From Squalus acanthias (Eukaryota), in contig CM059447.1 of assembly GCA_030390025.1 (NCBI GenBank), positions 13,640,001 to 13,704,000 on the forward strand: a stretch of 64,000 nucleotides of DNA, in the 5' to 3' direction. Position numbers and translations under genes: made by a program. Of this stretch, positions 11,234-22,555 are shown piece by piece. The number at the start of each line of letters is the position of its first letter. The stretch's first letter is position 1. The notes under the pieces are model-generated. The model was not told where the DNA came from. It made no database searches and saw only the letters and a program-made list of their open reading frames with translations.

Positions 11234-11374
11234 CAGTGGTGAAAGTATGGCAGTGCCATGAAACCGAATCAAAGAACCTCCACAGTTTGTTGCCGGTAGA
11301 GAACTTTTTTCCAAGTTAACCTTAGCTTTAATCTGAGCAAGTTGAGCTTTGCAGAATTCTTCGTAACTCTCCAT
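11234..11374 (-). CDS. CCP110-like gene, first coding exon (GC donor)
   Basis: Acceptor CTTTCTACAG|A ATG. Translates MESYEEFCKAQLAQIKAKVNLEKSSLPATNCGGSLIRFHGTAILSPL, versus recalled human CP110 MEEYEKFCEKSLARIQ...SLIRFHGVAILSPL. Donor is CTG|GCAAGT. Confidence 0.9.
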
Positions 11375-11634
11375 TCTGTAGAAAGAAATACACAGAAAAT
11401 AACGTCATTTCATGAAATACCCTACATGGTATTGTCTAAATAAACTAAATTCAGTGGTTAAAAATACCAGCATTGCACACTTTGCATTGATACTTCTCAA
11501 GATGTACTTTCTGAAACCTATCAATCACTTTTCCTATACGAAACTTCAATTTCACCAGATCCATAGACTCAGTTCAGCAGAGAAAAGGCTCTTCAACAGC
11601 AAAATGGGCAACTCTCCTTCACATACACAGAAAC

Positions 11635-11830
11635 TTTTTCCCCCTTTCTGAAGGCACTGACTTGTGCTGAGTTATGTTTCCATGGGCATCAAAGGCCCGC
11701 TGGCGCCTAACCCAAATAGCCAATCTTCCCATGTGGGCCTGGACAGTGAGCATTGGCAAGTTTCTCCATGGGGTGGTGTGGGGCATGAGGTCTGAGCCCA
11801 ATCCTATCCAGCAATAGCCACTGGATAGCA
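11635..11830 (-). mobile_element. LF-SINE-like 3' fragment
   Basis: Reverse complement resembles the 3' half of 61620-62030 and 60470-60660. Confidence 0.55.
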
Positions 11831-12851
11831 ATTACAAGCAGAAATGTTGGTTCATTTAACTTAAGGCCTTTGGAGTTCGTGTGGCAAATAGGGAGCAGTT
11901 GCATCTTTATTTCATACGGTTTTGCAAATAGCTGGAGTTAACATGAAAGCTAGCCTTCCTCATCAAGATTCAGAATGGAGGATCGCAGTCTGTGTGAATA
12001 TAAGAAAGCAGCAAATGCCTGTGTTCAGACCAGCTTATTTGAAATGTTTATACTGTATATGTGGATTGACACACAGTGACGTAGGTGACTCTATCCAGCA
12101 CAGAAAAACCTCTCCAGAATACTGAACCATTATACTGGCAGGATATGAACAAAACAAGAGATGATATTAATTATTTGGACCATTATACTGGGAAAGTGTG
12201 AACATCTCTGAATTGATACTTCTTCCTTGGACCATTAACACATGGCTTGCGATGATGTGTGTTTTCTAAGGATAATCTTCAAAGCGATCTGCTTTTTAAT
12301 CGAAGGGGAAAATATTTTAGAGCCCACAGATTTTCTCACATTCTTTATGCCTCTACCTGTGAGGGGAGTATTAAAAGCTTCATGAATAATCATATCCTAC
12401 ATAACCTACTATCTGAAATTGTTACTCAGAAGCTCCTAAAAAGAACTACAAGTATTTCAGGTTACTTTTTACTTATTTTGAAACGGTTTATAAATTATAT
12501 GGAAAAAAATTGCAAATGCTGGAAATCCTGGACAAATACATGGTCACAATAATATTCTAGAGAAGGGTTATATCCAAAACATTAACTGGAGTGACCTGTG
12601 TATTCCTGTTTTTGTTATAAATTACACAAGTTTGGCTATTGTACTTTTAGTATTTTGATGTATTTTCTCACTTCTAATATTATTTCACTTTTAATTAAAT
12701 TATGTAGCCTCAGTCTTGTACGCATTGGTCAGGCAATTTTCCACCTTCGGAATGACATGGTGGGCATCCCGTGAATTCTCCAGTGAACTAGATACTGCAA
12801 TTAGAGCGAGATGGCTAACCTGGGCATGTTAATCTACACTCAAGTGCAAAT

Positions 12852-12903
12852 AAAAACTGAAAATACTGGAAATACTCAGCAGGCCAGGCAGCATCTGTGG
12901 AGA
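12852..12903 (-). mobile_element. Penelope-like pLTR piece (inverted)
   Basis: GAAAATACTGGAAATACTCAGCAGGCCAGGCAGCATCTGTGGAGA is the reverse complement of about 14095-14145. Confidence 0.75.
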
Positions 12904-12904
12904 C

Positions 12905-13212
12905 CATTGTGGATCTGGGGTGGAGAGTGTTGGATGGAGCAGTAGTGTACACTTCATGGACTCCCAAGCCACCTGCAACTTTTGCGGCCTGAATGAGTCC
13001 GTCTTCCATATTTTTGTTAAGTGTTTGAGGTTGCAGCGTCTCTTCTTGAAGTGACGAAGTGGCTTCTAGCTCAACTTCTAGCTCCACTTCAGACCCACGC
13101 TCGGGATATTTGGCCACCTAAGGTGGCAGGCAAGTCGGAGAACCTCCTTGTTGGTCTGCTCCTGGGCCTGGCCAAGGTGGCAAGTCACAGGTCCAAGTTG
13201 TAGGCGGTCGCT
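12905..13212 (+). mobile_element. Tx1/L1-clade LINE C-terminal fragment
   Basis: Degenerate zinc-knuckle region C..CGLNESVFHIFVKC.RLQ followed by LLVGLLLGLAKVA.HRS, typical of the Tx1-type ORF2 C-terminus. Confidence 0.65.
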
Positions 13213-13584
13213 CTGGCTCCCTGCCAATCTCTCAAGGAGCAGCACCTCATCTTTTGATTAGGCACTTTATAGCCTTCCAGCCTTAACATTGAGTTCAACA
13301 ACTTCCGATCATAACCATCGCTCCCATTTACTCGGACAGTAGATGCTGATAATGGTTCTGCTGTAACTATTTACAACTCCTCTGGACCCACCTATTGCTT
13401 CTTTATTGTCCCATTACCATCCCCTTTTGCCTTGCACCATCATCCCTTTTATCATTCAATCACTCCTGCTCTCCACCCTATCACAGGCTATCACCACCCT
13501 TTTGCTCTTTCCTTCGCACTGCCCCCCCCCGTTTCCCCTGGCTCTGTACTTGCTTATAAACTGTTAAATCTCCAACAGCTACCA

Positions 13585-14040
13585 TGAGGAGACGTTAAAC
13601 CGAGGCCCCGTCTGCTCTCTCAGGTGGATGTAAAAGATCCCATGGCACTATTTTTCGAAGAAGAGCAGGGGCGTTATCCCTGGTGTCCTGGCCAATATTT
13701 ATCACTTAATCTACATCACAAAAACAGATTATTTGGTCATTATCACATTGCTGTTTGTGGGACCTTGCTGTGCGCAAATTGGCTGCCGCGTTTCCTACAT
13801 TACAACAGTGTCTTTCCGAGACTGGTGGGCGCCGCGGGGACTGGAGTGCATCGTCACACCGGTTAATATAATTTTAATTTAATCTGTTAAGTTTTATTCA
13901 AAGTTTTATTGATTTACAGTAGTTTTATGTTTGCTCAAAAAAGAGTACAACAGTGACTACACTTCAAAAGTACTTAATTGGCTGTAAAGCTTTTGGGACG
14001 TCCAGTGGTCATGAAAGGCAATATATAAATGCAAGTTTTT
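13585..14040 (+). mobile_element. 5'-truncated Deu-SINE nested in the Penelope pLTR
   Basis: GAGACGTTAAACCGAGGCCCCGTCTG...AAAGATCCCATGGCAC...AATGCAAG, itself split by the insertion at 13811-13945. Confidence 0.85.
13811..13945 (+). mobile_element. Tx1-type LINE 3' terminus inserted in the Deu-SINE, 10-bp TSD
   Basis: Encodes FRDWWAPRGLECIVTPVNIILI*, then an AT-rich 3' UTR ending AAAAAAGAG. TACAACAGTG is duplicated at 13801-13810 and 13946-13955. Confidence 0.75.
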
Positions 14041-14046
14041 CTTACC

Positions 14047-14083
14047 AGTTCTGATGAAAGGTCATCGAACTGAAACGCTAACT
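14047..14083 (+). ncRNA. Degenerate minimal type-I hammerhead ribozyme in the Penelope pLTR
   Basis: AGTT-CTGATGA-A-AGGTC(ATC)GAACT-GAAA-CGCT-AACT: core boxes CUGAUGA and GAAA, stem I AGTT/AACT, stem II with one mismatch. The copy at 8204 shows the intact GACCT-GAAACGTC form. Confidence 0.6.
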
Positions 14084-14689
14084 CTCTTCTTCTCTTTCCA
14101 CAGATGCTGCCTGACCTGCGGAGTATTTCCAGCATTTTCTCTTTTTATCTCAGATTTCCAGCATCCGCAGCATTTTGCTTTAGCACAAGAGCAAATAACT
14201 GGGCAAGTTGGGAGTTTGGAAAGGTCTCAGTATGTTAATAGAAACTGCTGTGTAGCCACTGGGGGGGAAAAGCGTCCTGACTGTGGCCTGTGCGTATGGC
14301 TAGTGTTGAGGGGCATTTGAAGTCAGGTAATACCATAGAAGGATGATGAAGCTTTGCTGCAGAAAAGGCCATTCATTCAGTTCCACAGATCTGCCCCTCC
14401 CACAGACCATGTACAACCTTGTCAGGGACTCAGCTTCACCCCAAGTACAAGTAACCCAAAAAGTAAGTGGAATCGTCACCGACTCCAGCCTGCCTGTTGC
14501 AGCCCAGGCAATATTTATTTGTTTAACCTCAGTGTTTTGTTTCTTTGTGAAGTTTGTGCATCTGAAAGCATAAAATGAAACACTAAATATTGGAAGCACA
14601 TCGTTCTGCGTCAATAATATTGTTTTGTCTTCATCATTTCAGTGTTTTATACACTTTGGAGTGACATTATTGACAAACCTTCAGAGTGG

Positions 14690-14910
14690 CCCTTCTAAGT
14701 CACACCGGCTCCCCGCTTTACTCCTTCGCCACCGCTCGGGCCGAGTTCGACTGAGGTGAGATTTAAACAGGAAAGCGACGGTTGCACAACGGCCCTCGAG
14801 CCCACAGCGGGCTCGCTCCCGGAGAGGAACCGGGCTCGGTCCCGGACTGGACTATACCACACCGGACCGGACCGCACCGCACCGGACCAGCCCCTCCCCT
14901 CAGCCCAGGC
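14690..14910 (-). promoter_or_regulatory. CpG-rich candidate promoter/first non-coding exon of the CCP110-like gene
   Basis: Isolated CpG-dense patch about 3.3 kb upstream of the ATG exon, which begins with an acceptor and so needs a 5' UTR exon. Contains TTTAAA (14762-14767) and CGGTTG/CAACGG (14779-14792). Possible donor AAG|GTTTGT at 14679/14678. Confidence 0.55.
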
Positions 14911-15004
14911 ACTCTGCAATCACTGGAGCTGGAGTCACACACACACCAGGACTGGGTTCACACACTCAATGGGACACATTCTCACACACAGTGGCCCTGG
15001 CTAG

Positions 15005-15460
15005 GCACATTTACTGAAATGATAGCAGAACTGAGAGGTTATACCTGTCAGGAAAGATTGATCAGGCTGGGGCGTTTTTCTCTGGAAAAGAGAAGACTGA
15101 GGGGGGTGACCTGATTATGAAAAGGTTTGATAGAGATATTTTACACTTCCGGGCGAGACCAAAACTAAGGGTCACAAATATGAGCTAGTCACCAATAAAT
15201 CCTATAGGGAATTCAGGAGAAACAACTTTACTCAGAGTGGTTAGAATGTGGAACTCGCTACCACAAGGAGTAGTTGAGGCGAATAGCGCAGATGCATTTA
15301 AGGGGAAGATAGATAAGCACATGAGGGAGAAAGGAATATAAGGATATGTTGATGGGGTTAGATGAAGAAGGGTGGGAGGAGGCTCTTGTGGAGCATAAAC
15401 ACGGGCATGGAACTGTTGGGCCAAATGGCCTGTTTCTGTGCTGTAAATACTTTGTAAAAT
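15005..15460 (+). mobile_element. CR1 LINE 3' end
   Basis: ERLIRLGRFSLEKRRLRG, TQSG.RMWNSLPQGVVEA, and tail GGGCCAAATGGCCTGTTTCTGTGCTGTAAA. Near-identical family copy at 63310-63925. Confidence 0.9.
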
Positions 15461-15679
15461 ATACACACACACACACACACACTCAATGGAACTCCATTCA
15501 CGCTCAATGAAAGTGGGCTCACATTCTTAAACACAATGGTACTGCATTCACACTCACAATGCAACTGGATTCACACACACATAATAAGCAATCTTAGAGT
15601 GGAGAAACAGAGCCATCTAGGGATGTAGATACATAAATCTTTATATGGCCATAAAAGACAAATGGGATTCGGAGGGGGA

Positions 15680-16212
15680 GAGCAGGGACATTGAATATAA
15701 AAGCAAACAAGTGATGTTGAATTTTCACAAGATATTAGTTAGGCTACAATTGGAATATCATGTGCAGTTCTGAACACCCTAACTTTTGCCAGAATAACAC
15801 TGGGAATTATATTTATGAAGTAAAGCTCAGAAATGGGGCTTTTCTCATTGGAAAGGAGATTTAAGAGGATCTAATAGAGGTTTCCAATATTATTTTAAAA
15901 AATTGTGAGGGCAAACAATGAAAGATTGGTTTTGCTTGTTGGAAAATTGGTAGTAACAGGATACGGACTTAAAATGACCACTAAAGGAACAAAGAGGGAA
16001 GTTAAAAGAAATATTTTCACACAATGTCATTAGGTCATAGAATACTTTACCACAAACAGCTATTGAGGCAGAGACCCCAATATCATTTAAAAAGGGGTTG
16101 GATATTTTAAAAATAATTTAAAATGATGTGTAAAAATGAAATTAGAATAGAAATCTCCATTTGAAGAGCTGGCACATGTGCAGTGGACCAAATGGCTGTA
16201 AATTTCTATAAT
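15680..16212 (+). mobile_element. Older CR1 3' fragment
   Basis: Degenerate LEYHVQFW and DLIEV motifs and tail GGACCAAATGGCTG. Confidence 0.7.
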
Positions 16213-16619
16213 ACTATTAACTGAATTCACAGCCCGCCACACCCAATAAGACTCACACAATGGGACCAGTGTCACACTCTTGCACACATAATGAACTGCT
16301 TTCGCACACGCTTTCTTTCATAGTCTGTTTTGTATAGTCTTCGAATCCAATCCAGAATTTCCCTTTATCCTAGAGAGAGAGAGAGAGCAGGGAGTTGTAA
16401 TATTTTAATGATTGGCCCTTACTGTAGCACAAACAACTGTAGCTTTCATGTAGAGTGCCACCTATTACAAGGAAGACCTCAGTGCAGCAACTGTACGTAG
16501 GGATATGAGATTATACAGAGTGAAGTTACTTTGTTTTTTTTAAACTTGTATACTACAATATTGTTTATCCCTCCTTGACATATCTGCAGCATTTCACACT
16601 GTTGATCACACCATTCAAT

Positions 16620-17047
16620 AACAACTTGTATTTATAATTTGACACCGAGCCACATAAGGAGATATTAGGGCAGATGACTAAAAGCATGGTCATAGAGGTA
16701 GGTTTTAAGGAGCATCTTAAAGGAGGAAAGAGAGGCGGAGAGGTATAGGGAGGGAATTCCAGAGCTTAGGGCCTAGGCAACAGAAGGTACGGCCGCCAAT
16801 GGTGGAGCGATTAAAATCAGGGATGCTAAAGAGGCCAGAATTGGAGGAGCACAGATATCTCGGAGGGTTGTAGGGCTGGAGAAGATTATAGAGATAGGGA
16901 GGAGCGAGGCCATAGAGGGATTTGAAAACATGAATTTTAAAATCGAGGCGTTGCTTAACCAGGAGCCAATATAGGTCAGCGAGCACAGGGTTGGCTGGTG
17001 AACAGGACTTGGTGCGAGTTAGGACACGGGCGACAGAGTTTTGGATG
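16620..17047 (-). mobile_element. L2-type LINE 3' end
   Basis: ORF 16717-17148 has IQNSVARVLTRTK, LYWLLVKQRLDFKI, GGRTFCCLGPKLWNSLP; tail ATAAATACAAGTTGTT. Confidence 0.9.
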
Positions 17048-17439
17048 ACACATATCCTAATGACATTGTGTGACAAGATTTCTTTCCGCTTCCCCCTTTG
17101 TTCTTTTAGTGATAATTCTTGATCTGTATAATCTCTGGAGTCCCCCAAGGCTCTATCACCATCCCTTATTCTTCTTGACTATATACAATCTCCCAGCAAT
17201 ATCTTCAGGCTCTGAGCCAATTTTCACATGTACGCTGATTACACCCACCTTTATCTCGCCACCACTTCTCTTGACCTCTTGAATGCTTCATGTTTATCTG
17301 ACATGAAGTCCTGGATGAGTTGCTCCAGCTCAAAAATCGAATGACTAAAGCCATTATCCTAAGCCCCTGCCACGAAATCCTCTCCCTTCCCATTGACTTA
17401 AATTCTCAACCGGCCCACCTCTCGGGCAGAATCAGACCA

Positions 17440-18123
17440 TTTGCAATCTGGTTATCCTGTTAGACTCCAAGCTGAGTTTTAAATGCTACATTTAATCCAG
17501 CCCCAAGATTGCTTACCAAGATCCACAACAGTGCCTATCCCTGTTTTTAAGTTAGCCCCTCCGCTGCTGAAATCCTTATACATAACTTTGTCATTTCTAG
17601 ACTTGACTACTCAATGCTGTTCTTGTCCTTCCTCCATAAACTCCAACGTGTTCAAAACTCTGCCATTCATGTTCTGTCCCACACTAAGTCCCGGTCATCC
17701 AACATCCCCATTCTTGCTGACTTTTACTGGCTTCCCATCACATTAAATTTCAAATCTTCATCTTGGCTATAAATCCCTCTATGGCCTTGCTCCATCCTAC
17801 CTCTAAAAGCTCCTCCAATACTATAATCTCCTAGATGCTCTGATTTCAGCCCTCTGTTCTTTACTCCCTCCTTCACCCCACCATTGGTGGCAAGGCCTTC
17901 AGCCACTTGGTCCTAATCTCTAGCATTCCTTCCCTCGACCCCTCTGCCCCTCCACCTCTTTGACCTTAAAACCTTCTCAAAATCCATCTCTTCAACCAAG
18001 CTTTCTGTCCCATCTCCTAATCTGTCTTTACAACTTGGTGTGCTTTTCCATTCCCAATAATCATTGGTGAAGCTATATGTGCCTTACATTAAAAGGTGCT
18101 ATACAAATTCAGGTTGTTGTTGT
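17440..18123 (+). mobile_element. Degraded L2-type LINE 3' region
   Basis: SRLDY-like, LYWLP and GGKAFS remnants; tail GGTGCTATACAAATTCAGGTTGTTGTTG. Confidence 0.75.
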
Positions 18124-19128
18124 CATCTCATCTTAAAAAAAAGCCTGGAGACTGTAAACAGCAGTACTCAGTCTGTATTGGCTTAAGGAATGAATGGCAA
18201 CTTTAGATCAGCAGCCAGGAGAGAAAGGGAACTGTTCATCATACTTTCTAAGCCTGTAGATGATTTCAGCTAAGTGACAATACCACCCTAAAATGTCAGC
18301 TCTCCTTAGGAACAACTTAAATGGGAAGCATTAAAGGGAGATGTACTTTGCATTGAAAATACTTCTCTTTATAGTCAGTCCCCACCCACTTTGAGGTAAT
18401 GATATGAAAGGTACAAATGGTCTCCCACTGTAGCAGGTTGAAATAGCAACATTTCCGCAGCTAGGCTTAGCACCTATTAGAGTAGGATACCCATTTAAAG
18501 TCTGATTGCTTTTGTGACTTCCAGTTTACAATCTTTTAAGCTCATTACCACACAGTACTGAGGAGCTGGGGATTACAGCTTTAATTGTATTAGCCTTTTT
18601 GTTTTAAATGGAAGTTAAATGTACCTTTATACCTCTGGAGAGGGTACATACAAAAATCATGGTTACTTGGGTGCACCGAACCCATCTGGTTCTGTCTCTC
18701 TCCAGATCAGCTGGAGTGATGGACATAATTGTGAAATTATTGCAGATACCATTGATCTATATGCTGCCTCGGGAACTTAAAGTCATCAGGCAAATCTGAT
18801 GGGGTTACAAGCTTCATAGAAACATAGAAATTTACAGCACAGAAGGAGGCCATTCGGCCCATTGCGCCTGTGTCGGAAAGCTTGCTGCTCCACTCAAATT
18901 AGCTTTAAAGAATTCAGTTATATATTTTAATTAAAAGTTTGTTGGTGGCAGAATTGTAATGCCAATGTTAGCTTAATCTAGTTCTTTGCATAAACAACTA
19001 AAATCCCAGTTTACTCCTATTTCTTCATTTGCAAATGTGACTTGTTTGCATGGAAATCCCTCTAATTTGCATGACATTATGTTGTATACTGTGTTCCTGC
19101 CAAGGTAAATCAATGCCTTGACAAAGCG

Positions 19129-19556
19129 AACATAGAAACATAGAAACATAGAATCTAGGAGCAGGAGTAGGCCATTCGGCCCGTCGAGCCTGCTCCGCCA
19201 TTCAATACGATCATGGCTGATCATCCAAATCCAGTACCCTGTCCCTGCTTTAATCCCCACAGTACACATATCCCACCCTACCCCCGTAACCCCACGTATT
19301 TAATTCCCCCTAACATATCCCATCCTATCCCCATAACCCCACATATTTAATCCCCCCTAACACTAAGGGTCAATTTATCATAGCCAAATCAACCTAACCC
19401 ACACATTTTTGGACTGTGGGAGGAAACCGGAGCACCCGGAGGAAACCCACGCAGACACGGGGAGAATGTGCAAACTCCACACAGACAGTCACCCGAGGTC
19501 AGATTCGAACCCGGGTCTCTGGCGCTGTGAGGCACCAGTGCTAGCCACTATGCCAC
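19129..19556 (-). mobile_element. HE1-type V-SINE (tRNA head, V/MER6-like core, CR1 tail)
   Basis: GGAGGAAACCGGAGCACCCGGAGGAAACCCACGCAGACACGGGGAGAATGTGCAAACTCCACACAG core (as read on +) and (CATAGAAA)n tail. Near-exact reverse complement of 26972-27406. Confidence 0.92.
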
Positions 19557-21452
19557 TCTTATGCCACCTGTTCAAACCAGCACACACCAGAAATAAACCA
19601 AAGTCAAATTGGAACTTGTGCCATTTCAGAGTTCTGCAGTAGTTTATAATCATTTCAGTTACAAGTGCTTGTCCCAAATGGTAATTCTAATACAACACAG
19701 TGGGTTGACACAATGCAGCAACATCCCCTGTTGATTGCACATTCAGCCAGCTTACTTGAATAGACTTTTTCAGTTCTTACTTTGGGAAATTGGAGAGGCA
19801 TTCCTGAGGAATTGGTAGCAGAAATTTCTTGCATAGACAAATGTAATTCACGTTGCAGTGTAAAAATAAATGTAAAAAATTACCAGTCCAGAAAGCAAAC
19901 CAGTGAAAAATGTACAAATTATTTTTATATCATGAGAGATATCAGTAAAATATGAACTGACTTTTTGCCACAATAGTATTGTAATACAATTCCTTTCCTC
20001 TCATCTGTTTGTAAAAATACTGCCTGCTCCTTTTAATTTGAGGTTGCTTAATTCAAATGATATGATAATTCAGCATTTTTCTGACTGATTTCCCACTTTG
20101 CTGTGCTATTTATATTGCTTCAACTTAACTCAAATCACTGGATAATTCTAATTTGTTTTAGTGCAAAAATCAACTTCAAATTATCAAGAGTAGACTAGAT
20201 GAAGGAAAGTGTTATTGGGGCTGAACGATAAAAAGGCCAATGTAATTGAATACTTGATGGCTGAAAAATGGGCTATCTTACAAGTAAAGTAAAAAAAATA
20301 TCCTTAAAATTATCCATGACCTAGTTAAATAACTTTAATTCAGTTTTCCTCTCAAAGAGAATCTGACCTGCAGGTGGCAGGGTTGTCCAGATTGTTCCAC
20401 CACATCGAACAATCTTGAAAATCTCTTCTGATAAATCTGGAAGGTGGGTTTTCCTTTGGTTTTATTCATAATTAAAAACAAAAAAAAGCGATTATTTATT
20501 TAATGAATGTTTAATAATTTTATGTATCCAATATTGCTTTGTCTTTTAATGTAAATGTAAGTAGCTCCTAAATAATTTTTGAAAAGAGTAATATAACAAG
20601 AGAAAGCCAATAGTCTTAGTATTTTTTCCAAATACTATTTTTCAGGCGTGAATTAAAATGCTACATCAACCACTTTAACACCTGTCCTGTGTCTCCTGAG
20701 TTACTCTATGTAAGCTGGGGAGCAATGGGGCAGGTTTTATGCCCTTAGTTAGGGACTGATGTGTCAGTGTTAAGTGCAACAATCTCTCTGAATTTAAAAA
20801 AAGAGCATCTCTGATCAGGAGATTGAGCACAGGTAATATTTTAATATTAAAGGTGTAACTGTGGGATACAAGTTTTATCCCACCTGTGAGTAAACCTTCA
20901 TAATTCATTTATGATTTTTTCACTCACGGGTTACCTGATCTACAATAAAAAGGTATCCTTCATAAAGCCTAATAAGAATATTTCCAATAACAAACAAAAA
21001 ATAGTTTGGAGAAAGAATGCCCTTTTGGCAGAGTTTCACTGTGTTGCAATTCAAACATGAAAACGCAGATCCTGGCAAAATTCATTGCAAAACGCTTTAA
21101 GGCATTATTCAGTTTACACAAATCAAATTATTATTTATTTATAAATCTGACATTTTTCCTTCCAGGCATTTGTTTAGAATTGTTTCAAAAAGTCAATTTT
21201 TCTGTCCCCAGATGCCCTACAACTTAATGGGCAACCAACTAGCCAGAGACTAGAGATTTTCAAAGCTTGACTGCAAATATTCATTACAGAATTAATATGG
21301 ACAGAGAATGAAAAAATACTACTTTAATACAGAAGTATATAAATAATTATCCATTCATAGCTATTAATCTAATGAAGTTGCTTTCATTTCAATTATATAA
21401 ATTGACACTGTGTAGTTCAGGCTTCATTTTGTTCAGATCCAGTTTCTGTACT

Positions 21453-21503
21453 TTAAATCCTTTTGCTAATTTTCTTAAAGGTAACATTTCCATCGGTCAG
21501 AGT
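21453..21503 (-). CDS. FABP1-like exon 4
   Basis: TTTCTTTTAG| then TLTDGNVTFKKISKRI*, 51 nt (recalled human FABP1: TMTLGDIVFKRISKRI*). Confidence 0.93.
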   Translation of the reverse strand, partial: TLTDGNVTFKKISKRI

Positions 21504-22282
21504 CTAAAAGAAATCAGACAAAGTACAGAAGTGAATCACTTCAACTGTAGGCTTTACATTCACCTTATCAAAGTATCTCACAGTATAGGCTAATCAAGGG
21601 CAAAAACCGAACATGCTGGAATTACACAGTTGGTTGCCAATATCTGAAAAGAGAAAAGATAAGTTAATGTTTCAGTGTCAGCTCCCCCACAGACCTGGAA
21701 TCTAAAATATAAGCAAGTTTCTTTATAGGACTGTAAAGAAGAGGGTGGGAGGATAAGAACAGCTCCGAAATTAAAAGCTAAAGATCCTGTCGTATCCGAG
21801 AAGAAAAAAGTCTAGAGGATTTCTATCTACTGATATTTGGAAGCCCTTGGCATTTCACGATCCCATTGAATACTGAATGTCCTTTGGCTGATTTCTATCT
21901 ATATTACTTCTGTTTACTTTATATGTAATTGCCTAATATAAAATAGTTAATACTTTAAAAAAAATCAAAGATCTGTACAGAAATGATTAAGAATTTTTTT
22001 TAAGTAAACGAAAATAGTTATCTGGTAGTATTTTGATATTGATGTTGAAAATTGCTGCAGAAAGTGGTTATGGACTAATATGAAAGGTAGAATTTTATAA
22101 TGAGTTGAAGAATCTCAGAAGACACATTATAAATCCTCTGACATTGCTCGAGGCCATTTAAGATTAATATATTGCCCGGTGGAAGTATAAATGCTATACG
22201 GTGTTACTATACTTTGTAAGCTATAATAAACACTTGTGACTTGATGTAACTGTATTCAATTTTGAAGATATGAGAGCTATGG

Positions 22283-22500
22283 ACAACAACAACTTGTATT
22301 TATATAGTGTCATTAACATAGTAAAACCTTCTAAGGCGCTTTCACAGATGAGATGAAGATTTGACAATGAGTCATAAGGAGATATTAGGACAGGTGGGAA
22401 AAAAAGCTTGGTCAAAGAGGTAGGTTTTAAGGAACGTCTTAAAAGAGAGAGAGAGAGAGAGAGAGAGGTAGAGAGGCAAAGAGGTTTAGGGAGGGAATTT
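22283..22500 (-). mobile_element. L2-type LINE 3' tail with (GA)n
   Basis: Same tail as 16620-17047 and 53335-53718; (GA)n at 22444-22467. Confidence 0.8.
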
Positions 22501-22555
22501 AGGGTGGTATTTAACAATTTAATTGGATAGAATCACTTATGTTAAGAAAAACAAT

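Larger units (their letters stand above)
13213..14182 (+). mobile_element. Penelope-like element 3' end and pLTR, interrupted by a Deu-SINE
   Basis: 13215-13312 translates EQHLIF*LGTL*PSSLNIEFNNFRS* (GIY-YIG C-terminus). A pyrimidine-rich pLTR follows and resumes at about 14041 with CTGATGA...GAAA and GATGCTGCCTGACCTG...TTCCAGCATTTT. Confidence 0.8.

Noticed and set aside
20365-20440. IYQKRFSRL as FABP exon 4
   Set aside because: 21453-21503 is a far better, gap-free match with a proper acceptor and stop.
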